Notes under the pieces: model-generated
Told to the model about the DNA's origin: nothing
The model's database searches: none
What the model saw: the letters and a program-made list of their open reading frames with translations, nothing else
Source of the DNA: Balanoglossus misakiensis
Taxonomy: Eukaryota; Animalia; Hemichordata
Assembly: GCA_040954595.2 (NCBI GenBank)
Contig: CM082583.2
Coordinates: 938,825-1,002,824 of the forward strand
Direction of reading: 5' to 3'
DNA: 64,000 nucleotides
In this document: positions 37,860 to 52,800 of the stretch, in pieces
Layout: every line of letters starts with the position of its first letter
How positions within the stretch are numbered: the first letter of the stretch is position 1
Translations under genes and position numbers: made by a program

Positions 37860-40800
37860 AACTGTTTCTGTTCTAGAGAGTCAGGGTTTTAGCCGACTTG
37901 TAGAAAATCTGAGTTGATGAACGGGAATTCAATGTTAGAAATCCGTGTGGAAAGTATCTCTACCCGTTTGGAACTAAGAAAAGAATTTATTCTTATTTAT
38001 TTTGTAAAAAAACAATATTTCGAAAAAAAGTCGAAAATGGTAATTATGTCTTGGGTGATTCAAATTATACCGCCTTTTCTGGAATTTGCAGCACTTTTTA
38101 CAAGAGAACGACACTTCATGCTCTATAATATTTCCGAAAATGAAGAAAAGAGTTAATTTTTTATGATTTTTTAAAATTTACCATTTTTGTCAAAATATGG
38201 CCAAAATGGCTATTTTTTCTTGAATTCCGTCAATATCTCAGCATTTTTGGAGTGGTCGAAAGTTTTAACATACAATCAACATGTCATATATGATCAGGCA
38301 CTAAATTCGAAGAACAAAGGTTTTTTATTTTTTTTTCTAAAAATGACATTTTCAAGGAAAATTTGGTAAAACGCAATTTTGTCTGCAGTGAGCTAAATTA
38401 GACGGTCTTTTGTGGAATTTGTATCGATATATACATACGAAGAGCATTCTATACTCCATCAGATTTCCGAAAATGTAGAAAACAGGTATTTTTTGTAATT
38501 TTCAAAAATTTACCATTTTGACCGAATTGTGGCTAAAATTGTTATTTAAGTGTTGAATGCCGCCAGTGTCACTGCTTTTAAAAGTCATAAAAACTTTTAA
38601 CATACAAGCAATTGTTTATATATGATAAGGTCACCGAATTAAAAAAATAAAGAATGTTTTGACTAAAAATGACCTTTTTGGTGCAAAAACGAATAAAACG
38701 CAATTTTGTATTAAATCAGCTCATTCAGAGTGCATTTTTATAATCAGCACCATTTTTACATATAATGGAAATTTCATACATCATCAGATATCCAAATATG
38801 AAAAGATGATTTACATTTTAGATGATTGTCAAAAATTAGCTGATATCTGATAAATGTAGTATTGAACCGTTCTGTTCCCCCCCCCCCCTACATTATATGC
38901 GGTACGCTGATGTCAGCTTACCCGGCAGTACTGCAGGCCGTGCCCCCAACTAACGTCGGTGTTTGAAACGCCCTGGTTAAATTCGGGCTTTCTCTATAAA
39001 TTGACAGGCAATAATGCAGTCCTACCGGAACAAATGTCGAGTGTTGACCCGCTGTGACTTTCCCTGTTCGGTTTGCCCGACTTAGCCAACGTCTTTGTAC
39101 TAGAGTGTCGGGTCTTTTGCAGAGCCAGGCCGAAGGAAATCCGACTTGATCACCGTTGCTAACGAACGCTAATGTCTGTCATGGTGTGCCGGGGTTTTAG
39201 TCGAGCCAGGCCGTAGGAGATCTGACTTGATCATCGTGGTCAATGTACGCGTGTTTCCGCTCTATAGGGCCGGGGCTTCAGCTAAACCAGGCCGTAGGAA
39301 ATCCGACGTAATCACCGTTGATAACTTACGCCAGTCTGTGTCATATAGAGCCGGTGCACCAGCCGAGTCACGCCGTAGGAAATCTTACTTGATCAACGTG
39401 GTCAATGTACGCCTGTTTCTGCTCTAGAGTGCCGGGGCTTCAGCTGAGCCAGGCCGTGGGAAACCCGACGTGATTACCGTTGTTAACTTACGCCAGTTTG
39501 TGTCCTATATATAGTGCCGGGGCATCAGCCGTGCCAGGCCGAAGGAAATGTGAGTAGATCAACGTGGTCTCTGTACGCGTGTTTCTGCTCTAGAGTGCCA
39601 GGGCTTTAGCCAAGCCATGCCGTAGGAAATCTGACTTGATCAACGTTGCTAACGAACGCTAATGTCTGTCATAGTGTGCCGGGGTTTTAGTCGAGCCAAG
39701 CCGTAGGAGATCAGACTTGATCAACGTGGTCTCTGTACGCGTGTTTCTGCTCTAGAGTGCCGGGGCTTTATCCAAGCCATGCCGTAGAAAATCTGACTTG
39801 ATCACCGTTGCTAACGTACGCTAGTGTCTGTCATATTGTGACGGAGATTTAGCCGAGCCAGGCCGTAGAAAAATCGACTTGTTCAACGTTACCAGTGTGC
39901 AACTGTTTCTGCTCTAGAGTGTCAGGGTTTTAGCCGACTTATGCTGTAGGAAATCTGAGTTGATGAACGGGAATTCAATGTTAGAAATCCGTGTGGAAAG
40001 TATCTCTACCCATTTGGAACTAAGAAAAGAATTTATTCTTATTTATTTTGTAAAAAAACAATATTTCGAAAAAAAGTCGAAAATGGTAATTTTGTCTTGG
40101 GTGATTCAAATTATACCGCCTTTTCTGGAATTTGCAGCACTTTTTACAAGAGAACGACACTTCATGCTCTATAATATTTCCGAAAATGAAGAAAAGAGTT
40201 AATTTTTTATGATTTTTTAAAAATTTACCATTTTTGTCAAAATATGGCCAAAATGGCTATTTTTTCTTGAATTCCGTCAATATCTCAGCATTTTTGGAGT
40301 GGTCGAAAGTTTTAACATACAATCAACATGTCATATATGATCAGGCACTAAATTCGAAGAACAAAGGTTTTTTATTTTTTTTTCTAAAAATGACATTTTC
40401 AAGGATAATTTGATAAAACGCAATTTTGTCTGCAGTGAGCCAAATTAGACGGTCTTTTGTGGAATTTGTATCGATATATACATACGAAGAGCATTCTATA
40501 CTCCATCAGATTTCCGAAAATGTAGAAAACAGGTATTTTTTGTAATTTTCAAAAATTTACCATTTTGACCGAATTGTGGCTTAAATTGTTATTTTCGTGT
40601 TGAATGCCGCCAGTGTCACTGCTTTTAAAAGTCATAAAAACTTTTAACATACAAGCAATTGTTTATATATGATAACGTCACCGAATTAAAAAAATAAAGA
40701 ATGTTTTGACTAAAAATGACCTTTTTGGTGCAAAAACGAATAAAACGCAATTTTGTATTAAATCAGCTCATTCAGAGTGCATTTTTATAATCAGCACCAT

Positions 40801-43800
40801 TTTTACATATAATGGAAATTTCATACATCATCAGATATCCAAATATGAAAAGATGATTTACATTTTAGATGATTGTCAAAAATTAGCTGATATCTGATAA
40901 ATGTAGTATTGAAATGTTCTGTTCCCCCCCCCCCCCCTACATTATATGCGGTACGCTGATGTCAGCTTACCCGGCAGTACTGCAGGCCGTGCCCCCAACT
41001 AACGTCGGTGTTTGAAACGCCCTGGTTAAATTCGGGCTTTCTCTATAAATTGACAGGCAATAATGCAGTCCTACCGGAACAAATGTCGAGTGTTGACCCG
41101 CTGTGACTTTCCCTGTTCGGTTTGCCCGACTTAGCCAACGACTTTGTACTAGAGTGTCGGGTCTTTTGCAGAGCCAGGCCGAAGGAAATCCGACTTGATC
41201 ACCGTTGCTAACGAACGCTAGTGTCTGTCATGGTGTGCCGGGGTTTTAGTCGAGCCAGGCCGTAGGAGATCTGACTTGATCATCGTGGTCAATGTACGCG
41301 TGTTTCCGCTCTAAAGGGCCGGGGCTTCAGCTAAACCAGGCCGTAGGAAATCCGACGTAATCACCGTTGATAACTTACGCCATTCTGTGTCATATAGAGC
41401 CGGTGCACCAGCCGAGTCACGCCGTAGGAAATCTGACTTGATCAACGTGGTCAATGTACGCCTGTTTCTGCTCTAGAGTGCCGGGGCTTCAGCTGAGCCA
41501 GGCCGTAGGAAACCCGACGTGATTACCGTTGTTAACTTACGCCAGTTTGTGTCCTATATATAGTGCCGGGGCATCAGCCGTGCCAGGCCGAAGGAAATGT
41601 GAGTAGATCAACGTGGTCTCTGTACGCGTGTTTCTGCTCTAGAGTGCCAGGGCTTTAGCCAAGCCATGCCGTAGGAAATCTGACTTGATCAACGTTGCTA
41701 ACGAACGCTAGTGTCTGTCATAGTGTGCCGGGGTTTTAGTCGAGCCAAGCCGTAGGAGATCAGACTTGATCAACGTGGTCTCTGTACGCGTGTTTCTGCT
41801 CTAGAGTGCCGGGGCTTTATCCAACCCATGCCGTAGAAAATCTGACTTGATCACCGTTGCTAACGTACGCTAGTGTCTGTCATATTGTGACGGAGATTTA
41901 GCCGAGCCAGGCCGTAGAAAAATCGACTTGTTCAACGTTACCAGTGTGCAACTGTTTCTGTTCTAGAGAGTCAGGGTTTTAGCCGACTTGTAGAAAATCT
42001 GAGTTGATGAACGGGAATTCAATGTTAGAAATCCGTGTGGAAAGTATCTCTACCCGTTTGGAACTAAGAAAAGAATTTATTCTTATTTATTTTGTAAAAA
42101 AACAATATTTCGAAAAAAAGTCGAAAATGGTAATTTTGTCTTGGGTGATTCAAATTATACCGCCTTTTCTGGAATTTGCAGCACTTTTTACAAGAGAACG
42201 ACACTTCATGCTCTATAATATTTCCGAAATTGAAGAAAAGAGTTAATTTTTTATGATTTTTTAAAAATTTACCATTTTTGTCAAAATATGGCCAAAATGG
42301 CTATTTTTTCTTGAATTCCGTCAATATCTCAGCATTTTTGGAGTGGTCGAAAGTTTTAACATACAATCAACATGTCATATATGATCAGGCACTAAATTCG
42401 AAGAACAAAGGTTTTTTATTTTTTTTTCTAAAAATGACATTTTCAAGGAAAATTTGGTAAAACGCAATTTTGTCTGCAGTGAGCCAAATTAGACGGTCTT
42501 TTGTGGAATTTGTATCGATATATACATACGAAGAGCATTCTATACTCCATCAGATTTCCGAAAATGTAGAAAACAGGTATTTTTTGTAATTTTCAAAAAT
42601 TTACCATTTTGACCGAATTGTGGCTAAAATTGTTATTTAAGTGTTGAATGCCGCCAGTGTCACTGCTTTTAAAAGTCATAAAAACTTTTAACATACAAGC
42701 AATTGTTTATATATGATAAGGTCACCGAATTAAAAAAATAAAGAATGTTTTGACTAAAAATGACCTTTTTGGTGCAAAAACGAATAAAACGCAATTTTGT
42801 ATTAAATAAGCTCATTCAGAGTGCATTTTTATAATCAGCACCATTTTTACATATAATGGAAATTTCATACATCATCAGATATCCAAATATGAAAAGATGA
42901 TTTACATTTTAGATGATTGTCAAAAATTAGCTGATATCTGATAAATGTAGTATTGAACCGTTCTGTTCCCCCCCCTACATTATATGCGGTACGCTGATGT
43001 CAGCTTACCCGGCAGTACTGCAGGCCGTGCCCCCAACTAACGTCGGTGTTTGAAACGCCCTGGTTAAATTCGGGCTTTCTCTATAAATTGACAGGCAATA
43101 ATGCAGTCCTACCGGAACAAATGTCGAGTGTTGACCCGCTGTGACTTTCCCTGTTCGGTTTGCCCGACTTAGCCAACGTCTTTGTACTAGAGTGTCGGGT
43201 CTTTTGCAGAGCCAGGCCGAAGGAAATCCGACTTGATCACCGTTGCTAACGAACGCTAATGTCTGTCATGGTGTGCCGGGGTTTTAGTCGAGCCAGGCCG
43301 TAGGAGATCTGACTTGATCATCGTGGTCAATGTACGCGTGTTTCCGCTCTATAGGGCCGGGGCTTCAGCTAAACCAGGCCGTAGGAAATCCGACGTAATC
43401 ACCGTTGATAACTTACGCCAGTCTGTGTCATATAGAGCCGGTGCACCAGCCGAGTCACGCCGTAGGAAATCTTACTTGATCAACGTGGTCAATGTACGCC
43501 TGTTTCTGCTCTAGAGTGCCGGGGCTTCAGCTGAGCCAGGCCGTGGAAAACCCGACGTGATTACCGTTGTTAACTTACGCCAGTTTGTGTCCTATATATA
43601 GTGCCGGGGCATCAGCCGTGCCAGGCCGAAGGAAATGTGAGTAGATCAACGTGGTCTCTGTACGCGTGTTTCTGCTCTAGAGTGCCAGGGCTTTAGCCAA
43701 GCCATGCCGTAGGAAATCTGACTTGATCAACGTTGCTAACGAACGCTAATGTCTGTCATAGTGTGCCGGGGTTTTAGTCGAGCCAAGCCGTAGGAGATCA

Positions 43801-44820
43801 GACTTGATCAACGTGGTCTCTGTACGCGTGTTTCTGCTCTAGAGTGCCGGGGCTTTATCCAAGCCATGCCGTAGAAAATCTGACTTGATCACCGTTGCTA
43901 ACGTACGCTAGTGTCTGTCATATTGTGACGGAGATTTAGCCGAGCCAGGCCGTAGAAAAATCGACTTGTTCAACGTTACCAGTGTGCAACTGTTTCTGCT
44001 CTAGAGTGTCAGGGTTTTAGCCGACTTATGCTGTAGGAAATCTGAGTTGATGAACGGGAATTCAATGTTAGAAATCCGTGTGGAAAGTATCTCTACCCGT
44101 TTGGAACTAAGAAAAGAATTTATTCTTATTTATTTTGTAAAAAAACAATATTTCGAAAAAAAGTCGAAAATGGTAATTTTGTCTTGGGTGATTCAAATTA
44201 TACCGCCTTTTCTGGAATTTGCAGCACTTTTTACAAGAGAACGACACTTCATGCTCTATAATATTTCCGAAAATGAAGAAAAGAGTTAATTTTTTATGAT
44301 TTTTTAAAAATTTACCATTTTTGTCAAAATATGGCCAAAATGGCTATTTTTCTTGAATTCCGTCAATATCTCAGCATTTTTTGAGTGGTCGAGAGTTTTA
44401 ACATACAATCAACATGTCATATATGATCAGGCACTAAATTCGAAGAACAAAGGTTTTTTATTTTTTTTTCTAAAAATGACATTTTCAAGGAAAATTTGAT
44501 AAAACGCAATTTTGTCTGCAGTGAGCCAAATTAGACGGTCTTTTGTGGAATTTGTATCGATATATACATACGAAGAGCATTCTATACTCCATCAGATTTC
44601 CGAAAATGTAGAAAACAGGTATTTTTTGTAATTTTCAAAAATTTACCATTTTGACCGAATTGTGGCTTAAATTGTTATTTTCGTGTTGAATGCCGCCAGT
44701 GTCACTGCTTTTAAAAGTCATAAAAACTTTTAACATACAAGCAATTGTTTATATATGATAACGTCACCGAATTAAAAAAATAAAGAATGTTTTGACTAAA
44801 AATGACCTTTTTGGTGCAAA
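37860..44820. repeat. Two-unit (~4.09 kb) higher-order duplication
   Basis: Private variants repeat at a ~4087-4090 bp offset: GACTTG-TAGAAAATCT deletion (~37895/41985), TTATTTAAGTG (~38545/42635), CTATAGGGCC (~39262/43349), GGCTTAAATTG (~40578/44664) and GATAACGTCA (~40671/44757). Confidence 0.88.
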
Positions 44821-47800
44821 AACGAATAAAACGCAATCTTGTATTAAATCAGTTCATTCAGAGTGCATGTTTTATAATAAGCACCATTTTTACATATAAT
44901 GGAAATTTCATACATCATCAGATATCCAAATATGAAAAAATGATTTAGATTTTAGATGATTGTCCAAAATTAGCTGATATCTAATAAATGTAGTATTGAA
45001 CCGTTCTGTCCCCCCCCCCCTTACATTATATGCGGTACGCCGATGTCAGCTTACCCGGCAGTACTGTAGGCCGTGCCCCCAACAAACGTCGGTGTTTGAA
45101 ACGCCCTGGTTAAATTCGGGCTCTCTCTATAAATCGACAGGCAATAATGCAGTCCTACCGGAACAAATGTCGAGTGTTGACCCGCTGCGACTTTCCCTCT
45201 TCGGTTTGCCCAACTTAGCCAACGTCTTTGTACTAGAGTGTCGGGTCTTTTGCAGAGCCAGGCCGAAGGAAATCCGAGTTGATCATCGTTGCTAACGAAC
45301 GCTAGTGTCTGTCATGGTGTGCCGGGGTTTTAGTCGAGCCAGGCCGTAGGAGATCTGACTTGATCATCGTGGTCAATGTACGCGTGTTTCCGCTCTAAAG
45401 TGCCGGGGCTTCAGCTAAACCAGGCCGTAGGAAATCCGACGTAATCACCGTTGATAACTTACGCCATTCTGTGTCATATAGAGCCGGTGCACCAGCCGAG
45501 TCACGCCGTAGGAAATCTGACTTGATCAACGTGGTCAATGTACGCCTGTTTCTGCTCTAGAGTGCCGGGGCTTCAGCTGAGCCAGGCCGTAGGAAACCCG
45601 ACGTGATTACCGTTGTTAACTTACGCCAGTTTGTGTCCTATATATAGTGCCGGGGCATCAGCCGTGCCAGGCCGAAGGAAATGTGAGTAGATCAACGTGG
45701 TCTCTGTACGCGTGTTTCTGCTCTAGAGTGCCAGGGCTTTAGCCAAGCCATGCCGTAGGAAATCTGACTTGATCAACGTTGCTAACGAACGCTAGTGTCT
45801 GTCATAGTGTGCCGGGGTTTTAGTCGAGCCAAGCCGTAGGAGATCAGACTTGATCAACGTGGTCTCTGTACGCGTGTTTCTGCTCTAGAGTGCCGGGGCT
45901 TTATCCAACCCATGCCGTAGAAAATCTGACTTGATCACCGTTGCTAACGTACGCTAGTGTCTGTCATATTGTGACGGAGATTTAGCCGAGCCAGGCCGTA
46001 GAAAAATCGACTTGTTCAACGTTACCAGTGTGCAACTGTTTCTGCTCTAGAGTGTCAGGGTTTTAGCCGACTTATGCTGTAGGAAATCTGAGTTGATGAA
46101 CGGGAATTCAATGTTAGAAAACCCGTGTGGAAAGTATCTCTACCCGTTTGAAACTAAGAAAAGAATTTATTCTTATTTATTTTGTAAAAAAGACAATTTT
46201 TCGAAAAAAAGTCGAAAAATTGCAATTTTGTCTTGGGTGATTCAAATTATACCGCCTTTTCTGGAATTTGCAGCACTTTTTACAAGAGAACGACACTTCA
46301 TGCTCCATAATATTTCCGAAAATGAAGAAAAGAGTTATTTTTTTATGATTTTTCAAAAATTTACCATTTTTGTCAAAATATGGCCAAAATGGCTATTTTT
46401 CTTGAATTCCGTCAATATCTCAGCATTTTTGGAGTGGTCGAGAGTTTTAACATACAATCAACATGTCATATATGATCAGGGCACCAAATTCGAAGAACAA
46501 AGGTTTTTTTTTTTTTTTTCTAAAAATGACATTTTCAAGGAAAATTTGGTAAAACGCAATTTTGTCTGCAGTGAGCCAAATTAGACGGTCTTTTGTGGAA
46601 TTTGTATCGATATGTACATACGAAGAGCATTCTACACTCCATCAGATTTCCGAAAATGTAGAAAACAGGTATTTTTTGTAAATTTCAAAAATTTACCATT
46701 TTGACTAAATTGTGGCTAAAATTGTTATTTTCGTGATGAATGCCGCCAGTGTCACTGCTTTTAAAAGTCATAAAAACTTTTAACATACAAGCAATTGTTT
46801 ATATATGATCAGGTCACCGAATTAAAAAAATAAAGAATGTTTTGCCTAAAAATGACCTTTTTGGTGCAAAAACGAATAAAACGCAATCTTGTATTAAATC
46901 AGTTCATTCAGAGTGCATGTTTTATAATAAGCACCATTTTTACATATAATGGAAATTTCATACATCATCAGATATCCAAATATGAAAAAAATGATTTAGA
47001 TTTTAGATGATTGTCCAAAATTAGCTGATATCTAATAAATGTAGTATTGAACCGTTCTGTCCCCCCCCCTTACATTATATGCGGTACGCCGATGTCAGCT
47101 TACCCGGCAGTACTGTAGGCCGTGCCCCCAACAAACGTCGGTGTTTGAAACGCCCTGGTTAAATTCGGGCTCTCTCTATAAATCGACAGGCAATAATGCA
47201 GTCCTACCGGAACAAATGTCGAGTGTTGACCCGCTGCGACTTTCCCTCTTCGGTTTGCCCAACTTAGCCAACGTCTTTGTACTAGAGTGTCGGGTCTTTT
47301 GCAGAGCCAGGCCGAAGGAAATCCGACTTGATCACCGTTGCTAACGAACGCTAGTGTCTGTCATGGTGTGCCGGGGTTTTAGTCGAGCCAGGCCGTAGGA
47401 GATCTGACTTGATCATCGTGGTCAATGTACGCGTGTTTCCGCTCTAAAGTGCCGGGGCTTCAGCTAAACCAGGCCGTAGGAAATCCGACGTAATCACCGT
47501 TGATAACTTACGCCATTCTGTGTCATATAGAGCCGGTGCACCAGCCGAGTCACGCCGTAGGAAATCTGACTTGATCAACGTGGTCAATGTACGCCTGTTT
47601 CTGCTCTAGAGTGCCGGGGCTTCAGCTGAGCCAGGCCGTAGGAAACCCGACGTGATTACCGTTGTTAACTTACGCCAGTTTGTGTCCTATATATAGTGCC
47701 GGGGCATCAGCCGTGCCAGGCCGAAGGAAATGTGAGTAGATCAACGTGGTCTCTGTACGCGTGTTTCTGCTCTAGAGTGCCAGGGCTTTAGCCAAGCCAT

Positions 47801-49810
47801 GCCGTAGGAAATCTGACTTGATCAACGTTGCTAACGAACGCTAGTGTCTGTCATAGTGTGCCGGGGTTTTAGTCGAGCCAAGCCGTAGGAGATCAGACTT
47901 GATCAACGTGGTCTCTGTACGCGTGTTTCTGCTCTAGAGTGCCGGGGCTTTATCCAACCCATGCCGTAGAAAATCTGACTTGATCACCGTTGCTAACGTA
48001 CGCTAGTGTCTGTCATATAGTGACGGAGATTTAGCCGAGCCAGGCCGTAGAAAAATCGACTTGTTCAACGTTACCAGTGTGCAACTGTTTCTGCTCTAGA
48101 GTGTCAGGGTTTTAGCCGACTTATGCTGTAGGAAATCTGAGTTGATGAACGGGAATTCAATGTTAGAAAACCCGTGTGGAAAGTATCTCTACCCGTTTGA
48201 AACTAAGAAAAGAATTTATTCTTATTTATTTTGTAAAAAAGACAATTTTTCGAAAAAAAGTCGAAAAATTGCAATTTTGTCTTGGGTGATTCAAATTATA
48301 CCGCCTTTTCTGGAATTTGCAGCACTTTTTACAAGAGAACGACACTTCATGCTCCATAATATTTCCGAAAATGAAGAAAAGAGTTATTTTTTTATGATTT
48401 TTCAAAAATTTACCATTTTTGTCAAAATATGGCCAAAATGGCTATTTTTCTTGAATTCCGTCAATATCTCAGCATTTTTGGAGTGGTCGAGAGTTTTAAC
48501 ATACAATCAACATGTCATATATGATCAGGGCACCAAATTCGAAGAACAAAGGTTTTTTTTTTTTTTTTCTAAAAATGACATTTTCAAGGAAAATTTGGTA
48601 AAACGCAATTTTGTCTGCAGTGAGCCAAATTAGACGGTCTTTTGTGGAATTTGTATCGATATGTACATACGAAGAGCATTCTACACTCCATCAGATTTCC
48701 GAAAATGTAGAAAACAGGTATTTTTTGTAAATTTCAAAAATTTACCATTTTGACTAAATTGTGGCTAAAATTGTTATTTTCGTGATGAATGCCGCCAGTG
48801 TCACTGCTTTTAAAAGTCATAAAAACTTTTAACATACAAGCAATTGTTTATATATGATCAGGTCACCGAATTAAAAAAATAAAGAATGTTTTGCCTAAAA
48901 ATGACCTTTTTGGTGCAAAAACGAATAAAACGCAATCTTGTATTAAATCAGTTCATTCAGAGTGCATGTTTTATAATAAGCACCATTTTTACATATAATG
49001 GAAATTTCATACATCATCAGATATCCAAATATGAAAAAAATGATTTAGATTTTAGATGATTGTCCAAAATTAGCTGATATCTAATAAATGTAGTATTGAA
49101 CCGTTCTGTCCCCCCCCCCCTTACATTATATGCGGTACGCCGATGTCAGCTTACCCGGCAGTACTGTAGGCCGTGCCCCCAACAAACGTCGGTGTTTGAA
49201 ACGCCCTGGTTAAATTCGGGCTCTCTCTATAAATCGACAGGCAATAATGCAGTCCTACCGGAACAAATGTCGAGTGTTGACCCGCTGCGACTTTCCCTCT
49301 TCGGTTTGCCCAACTTAGCCAACGTCTTTGTACTAGAGTGTCGGGTCTTTTGCAGAGCCAGGCCGAAGGAAATCCGACTTGATCACCGTTGCTAACGAAC
49401 GCTAGTGTCTGTCATGGTGTGCCGGGGTTTTAGTCGAGCCAGGCCGTAGGAGATCTGACTTGATCATCGTGGTCAATGTACGCGTGTTTCCGCTCTAAAG
49501 TGCCGGGGCTTCAGCTAAACCAGGCCGTAGGAAATCCGACGTAATCACCGTTGATAACTTACGCCATTCTGTGTCATATAGAGCCGGTGCACCAGCCGAG
49601 TCACGCCGTAGGAAATCTGACTTGATCAACGTGGTCAATGTACGCCTGTTTCTGCTCTAGAGTGCCGGGGCTTCAGCTGAGCCAGGCCGTAGGAAACCCG
49701 ACGTGATTACCGTTGTTAACTTACGCCAGTTTGTGTCCTATATATAGTGCCGGGGCATCAGCCGTGCCAGGCCGAAGGAAATGTGAGTAGATCAACGTGG
49801 TCTCTGTACG
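44820..49810. repeat. Recent single-unit amplification (near-identical adjacent units, ~2.05-kb period)
   Basis: The chance 163-aa ORFs at 46093 and 48142 are identical. The variants GCAATCTTGTATTAAATCAGTTC, GTACTGTAGG, CTGCGAC and CCCAACTTAG are each repeated three times at ~2050-bp spacing. Confidence 0.88.
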
Positions 49811-52800
49811 CTTGTTTCTGCTCTAGAGTGTCAGGGCTTTAGCAAAGCCATGCCGTAGGAAATCTGACTTGATCAACGTTGCTAACGAACGCTAGTGTCT
49901 GTCATAGTGTGCCGGGGTTTTAGTCGAGCCAAGCCGTAGGAGATCAGACTTGATCAACGTGGTCTCTGTACGCGTGTTTCTGCTCTAGAGTGCCGGGGCT
50001 TTATCCAACCCATGCCGTTGAAAATCTGACTTGATCACCGTTGCTAACGTACGCTAGTGTCTGTCATATTGTGACGAGATTTAGCCGAGCCAGGCCGTAG
50101 AAAAATCGACTTGTTCAACGTTATCAGTGTGCAACTGTTTCTGCTCTAGAGTGTCAGGGTTGTAGCCGACTTATGCTGTAGGAAATCTGAGTTGATGAAC
50201 GGGAATTCAATGTTAGAAAACCCGTGTGGAAAGTATCTCTACCCGTTTGAAACTAAGAAAAGAATTTATTCTTATTTATTTTGTAAAAAAGACAATTTTT
50301 CGAAAACAAGTCGAAAATGGTAATTTTGTCTTGGGTGATTCAAATTATACCACATTTTCTGGAATTTGCAGCACTTTTTACAAGAGAACGACACTTCATG
50401 CTCCATAATATTTCCGAAAATGAAGAAAAGAGTTTTATTTTTTATGATTTTTTAAAAATGTACCATTTTGTCAAAATATGGCCAAAATGGCTATATTTTC
50501 TTGAATTCCGTCAATATCTCTGCATTTTTGAAGTGGTCGAAAGTTTTAACATACAATCAACATGTCATATATGATCAGGGCACCAAATTCGAAGAACGAA
50601 GGTTTTTTTATTTTATTTTTCTAAAAATGACATTTTCAAGGAAAATTTGGTAAAACGCAATTTTGTCTGCAGTGAGCCAAATTAGACGGTCTTTTGTGGA
50701 ATTTGTATCGATATATATATACGAAGAGCATTCTATACTCCATCAGATTTCCGAAAATGTAGAAAACAGGTATTTTTTGTAATTTTCAAAAATTTACCAT
50801 TTTGACCAAATTGTGGTTAAAATTGTTATTTTCGTGTTGAATGCCGCCAGTGTCACTGCTTTTAAAAGTCATAAAAACTTTTAACATGCAAGCAATTGCT
50901 TATATATGATCAGGTCACCGAATTAAAAAAATAAAGAATGTTTTGCCTAAAAATGACCTTTTTGGTGCAAACACGAATAAAAGCAATTTTGTATTAAATC
51001 AGCTCATTCAGAGTGCATTTTTTATAATCAGCACCATTTTTACATATAATGGAAATTTCATACATCATCAGATATCCAAATATGAAAAAAATGATTTAGA
51101 TTTTAGATGATTGTCCAAAATTAGCTGATATCTAATAAATGTAGTATTGAACCGTTCTGTCCCCCCCCCCTACATTATATGCGGTACGCCGATGTCAGCT
51201 TACCCGGCAGTACTGCAGGCCGTGCCCCCAAATAACGTCGGTGTTTGAAACGCCCTGGTTAAATTCGGGCTTTCTCTATAAATTGACAGGCAATAATGCA
51301 GTCCTACCCGAACAAATGTCGAGTGTTGACCCGCTGTGACTTTCCCTCTTCGGTTTGCCCGACTTAGCCAACGTCTTTGTACTAATGTGTCGGGTCTTTT
51401 GCAGAGCCAGGCCGAAGGAAATCCGACTTGATCACCGTTGCTAACGAACGCTAGTGTCTGTCATGGTGTGCCGGGGTTTTAGTCGAGCCAGGCCGTAGGA
51501 AATCTGACTTGATCAACGTGGTCAATGTACGCCTGTTTCTGCTCTAGAGCGCCGGGGCTTCAGCTGAGCCAGGCCGTAGGAAACCCGACGTGATTACCGT
51601 TGTTAACTTACGCCAGTCTGTGTCCTATATATAGTGCCGGGGCATCAGCCGTGCCAGGCCTAAGGAAATGTGAGTAGATCAACGTGGTCTCTGTACGCGT
51701 GTTTCTGCTCTAGTGCCGGGGCTTTATCCAAGCCATGCCGTAGAAAATCTGACTTGATCACCGTTGCTAACGTACGATAGTGTCTGTCATATTGTGACGG
51801 AGATTTAGCCGAGCCAGGCCGTAGAAAAATCGACTTGTTCAACGTTACCAGTGTGCAACTGTTTCTGCTCTAAAGTCTCAGGGTTTTAGCCGACTTATGC
51901 TGTAGGAAATCTGAGTTGATGAACGGGAATTCAATGTTAGAAAACCCGTGTGGAAAGTATCTCTACCTGTTTGAAACTAAGAAAAGAATTTATTCTTATT
52001 TATTTTGTAAAAAAACAATATTTCGAAAAAAAGTCGAAAATGGTAATTTTGTCTTGGGTGATTCAAATTATACCGCCTTTTCTGGAATTTGCAGCACTTT
52101 TTAGAAGAGAACGACACTTCATGCTCCATAATATTTCCGAAAATGAAGAAAAGAGTTAATTTTTTATGATTTTTCAAAAATTTACCATTTTTGTCAAAAT
52201 ATGGCCAAAATGGCTATTTTTCTTGAATTCCGTCAATATCTCTGCATTTTTGGAGTGGTCGAGAGTTTTAACATACAATCAACATGTCATATATGATCAG
52301 GGCACTAAATTCGAAGAACAAAGGTTTTTTTATTTTTTTTTCTAAAAATGACATTTTCAAGGAAAATTTTGTAAAACGCAATTTTGTCTGCAGTGAGCCA
52401 AATTAGACGGTCTTTTGTGGAATTTGTATCGATATATACATACGAAGAGCATTCTATACTCCATCAGATTTCCGAAAATGTAGAAAACAGGTATTTTTTG
52501 TAATTTTCAAAAATTTTCGATTTTGACCAAATTGTGCTAAAATTGTTATTTTCGTGTTGAATGCCGCCAGTGTCACTGCTTTTAAAAGTCATAAAAACTT
52601 TTAACATACAAGCAATTGTTTATATATGATAAGGTCACCGAATTAAAAAAATAAAGAATGTTTTGCCTAAAAATGACCTTTTAGGTGCAAAAACGAATAA
52701 AACGTAATTTTGTATTAAATCAGCTAATTCAGAGTGCATTTTTTATAATCAGCACCATTTTTACATATAATTGAAATTTCATACATCATTAGATATCCAA

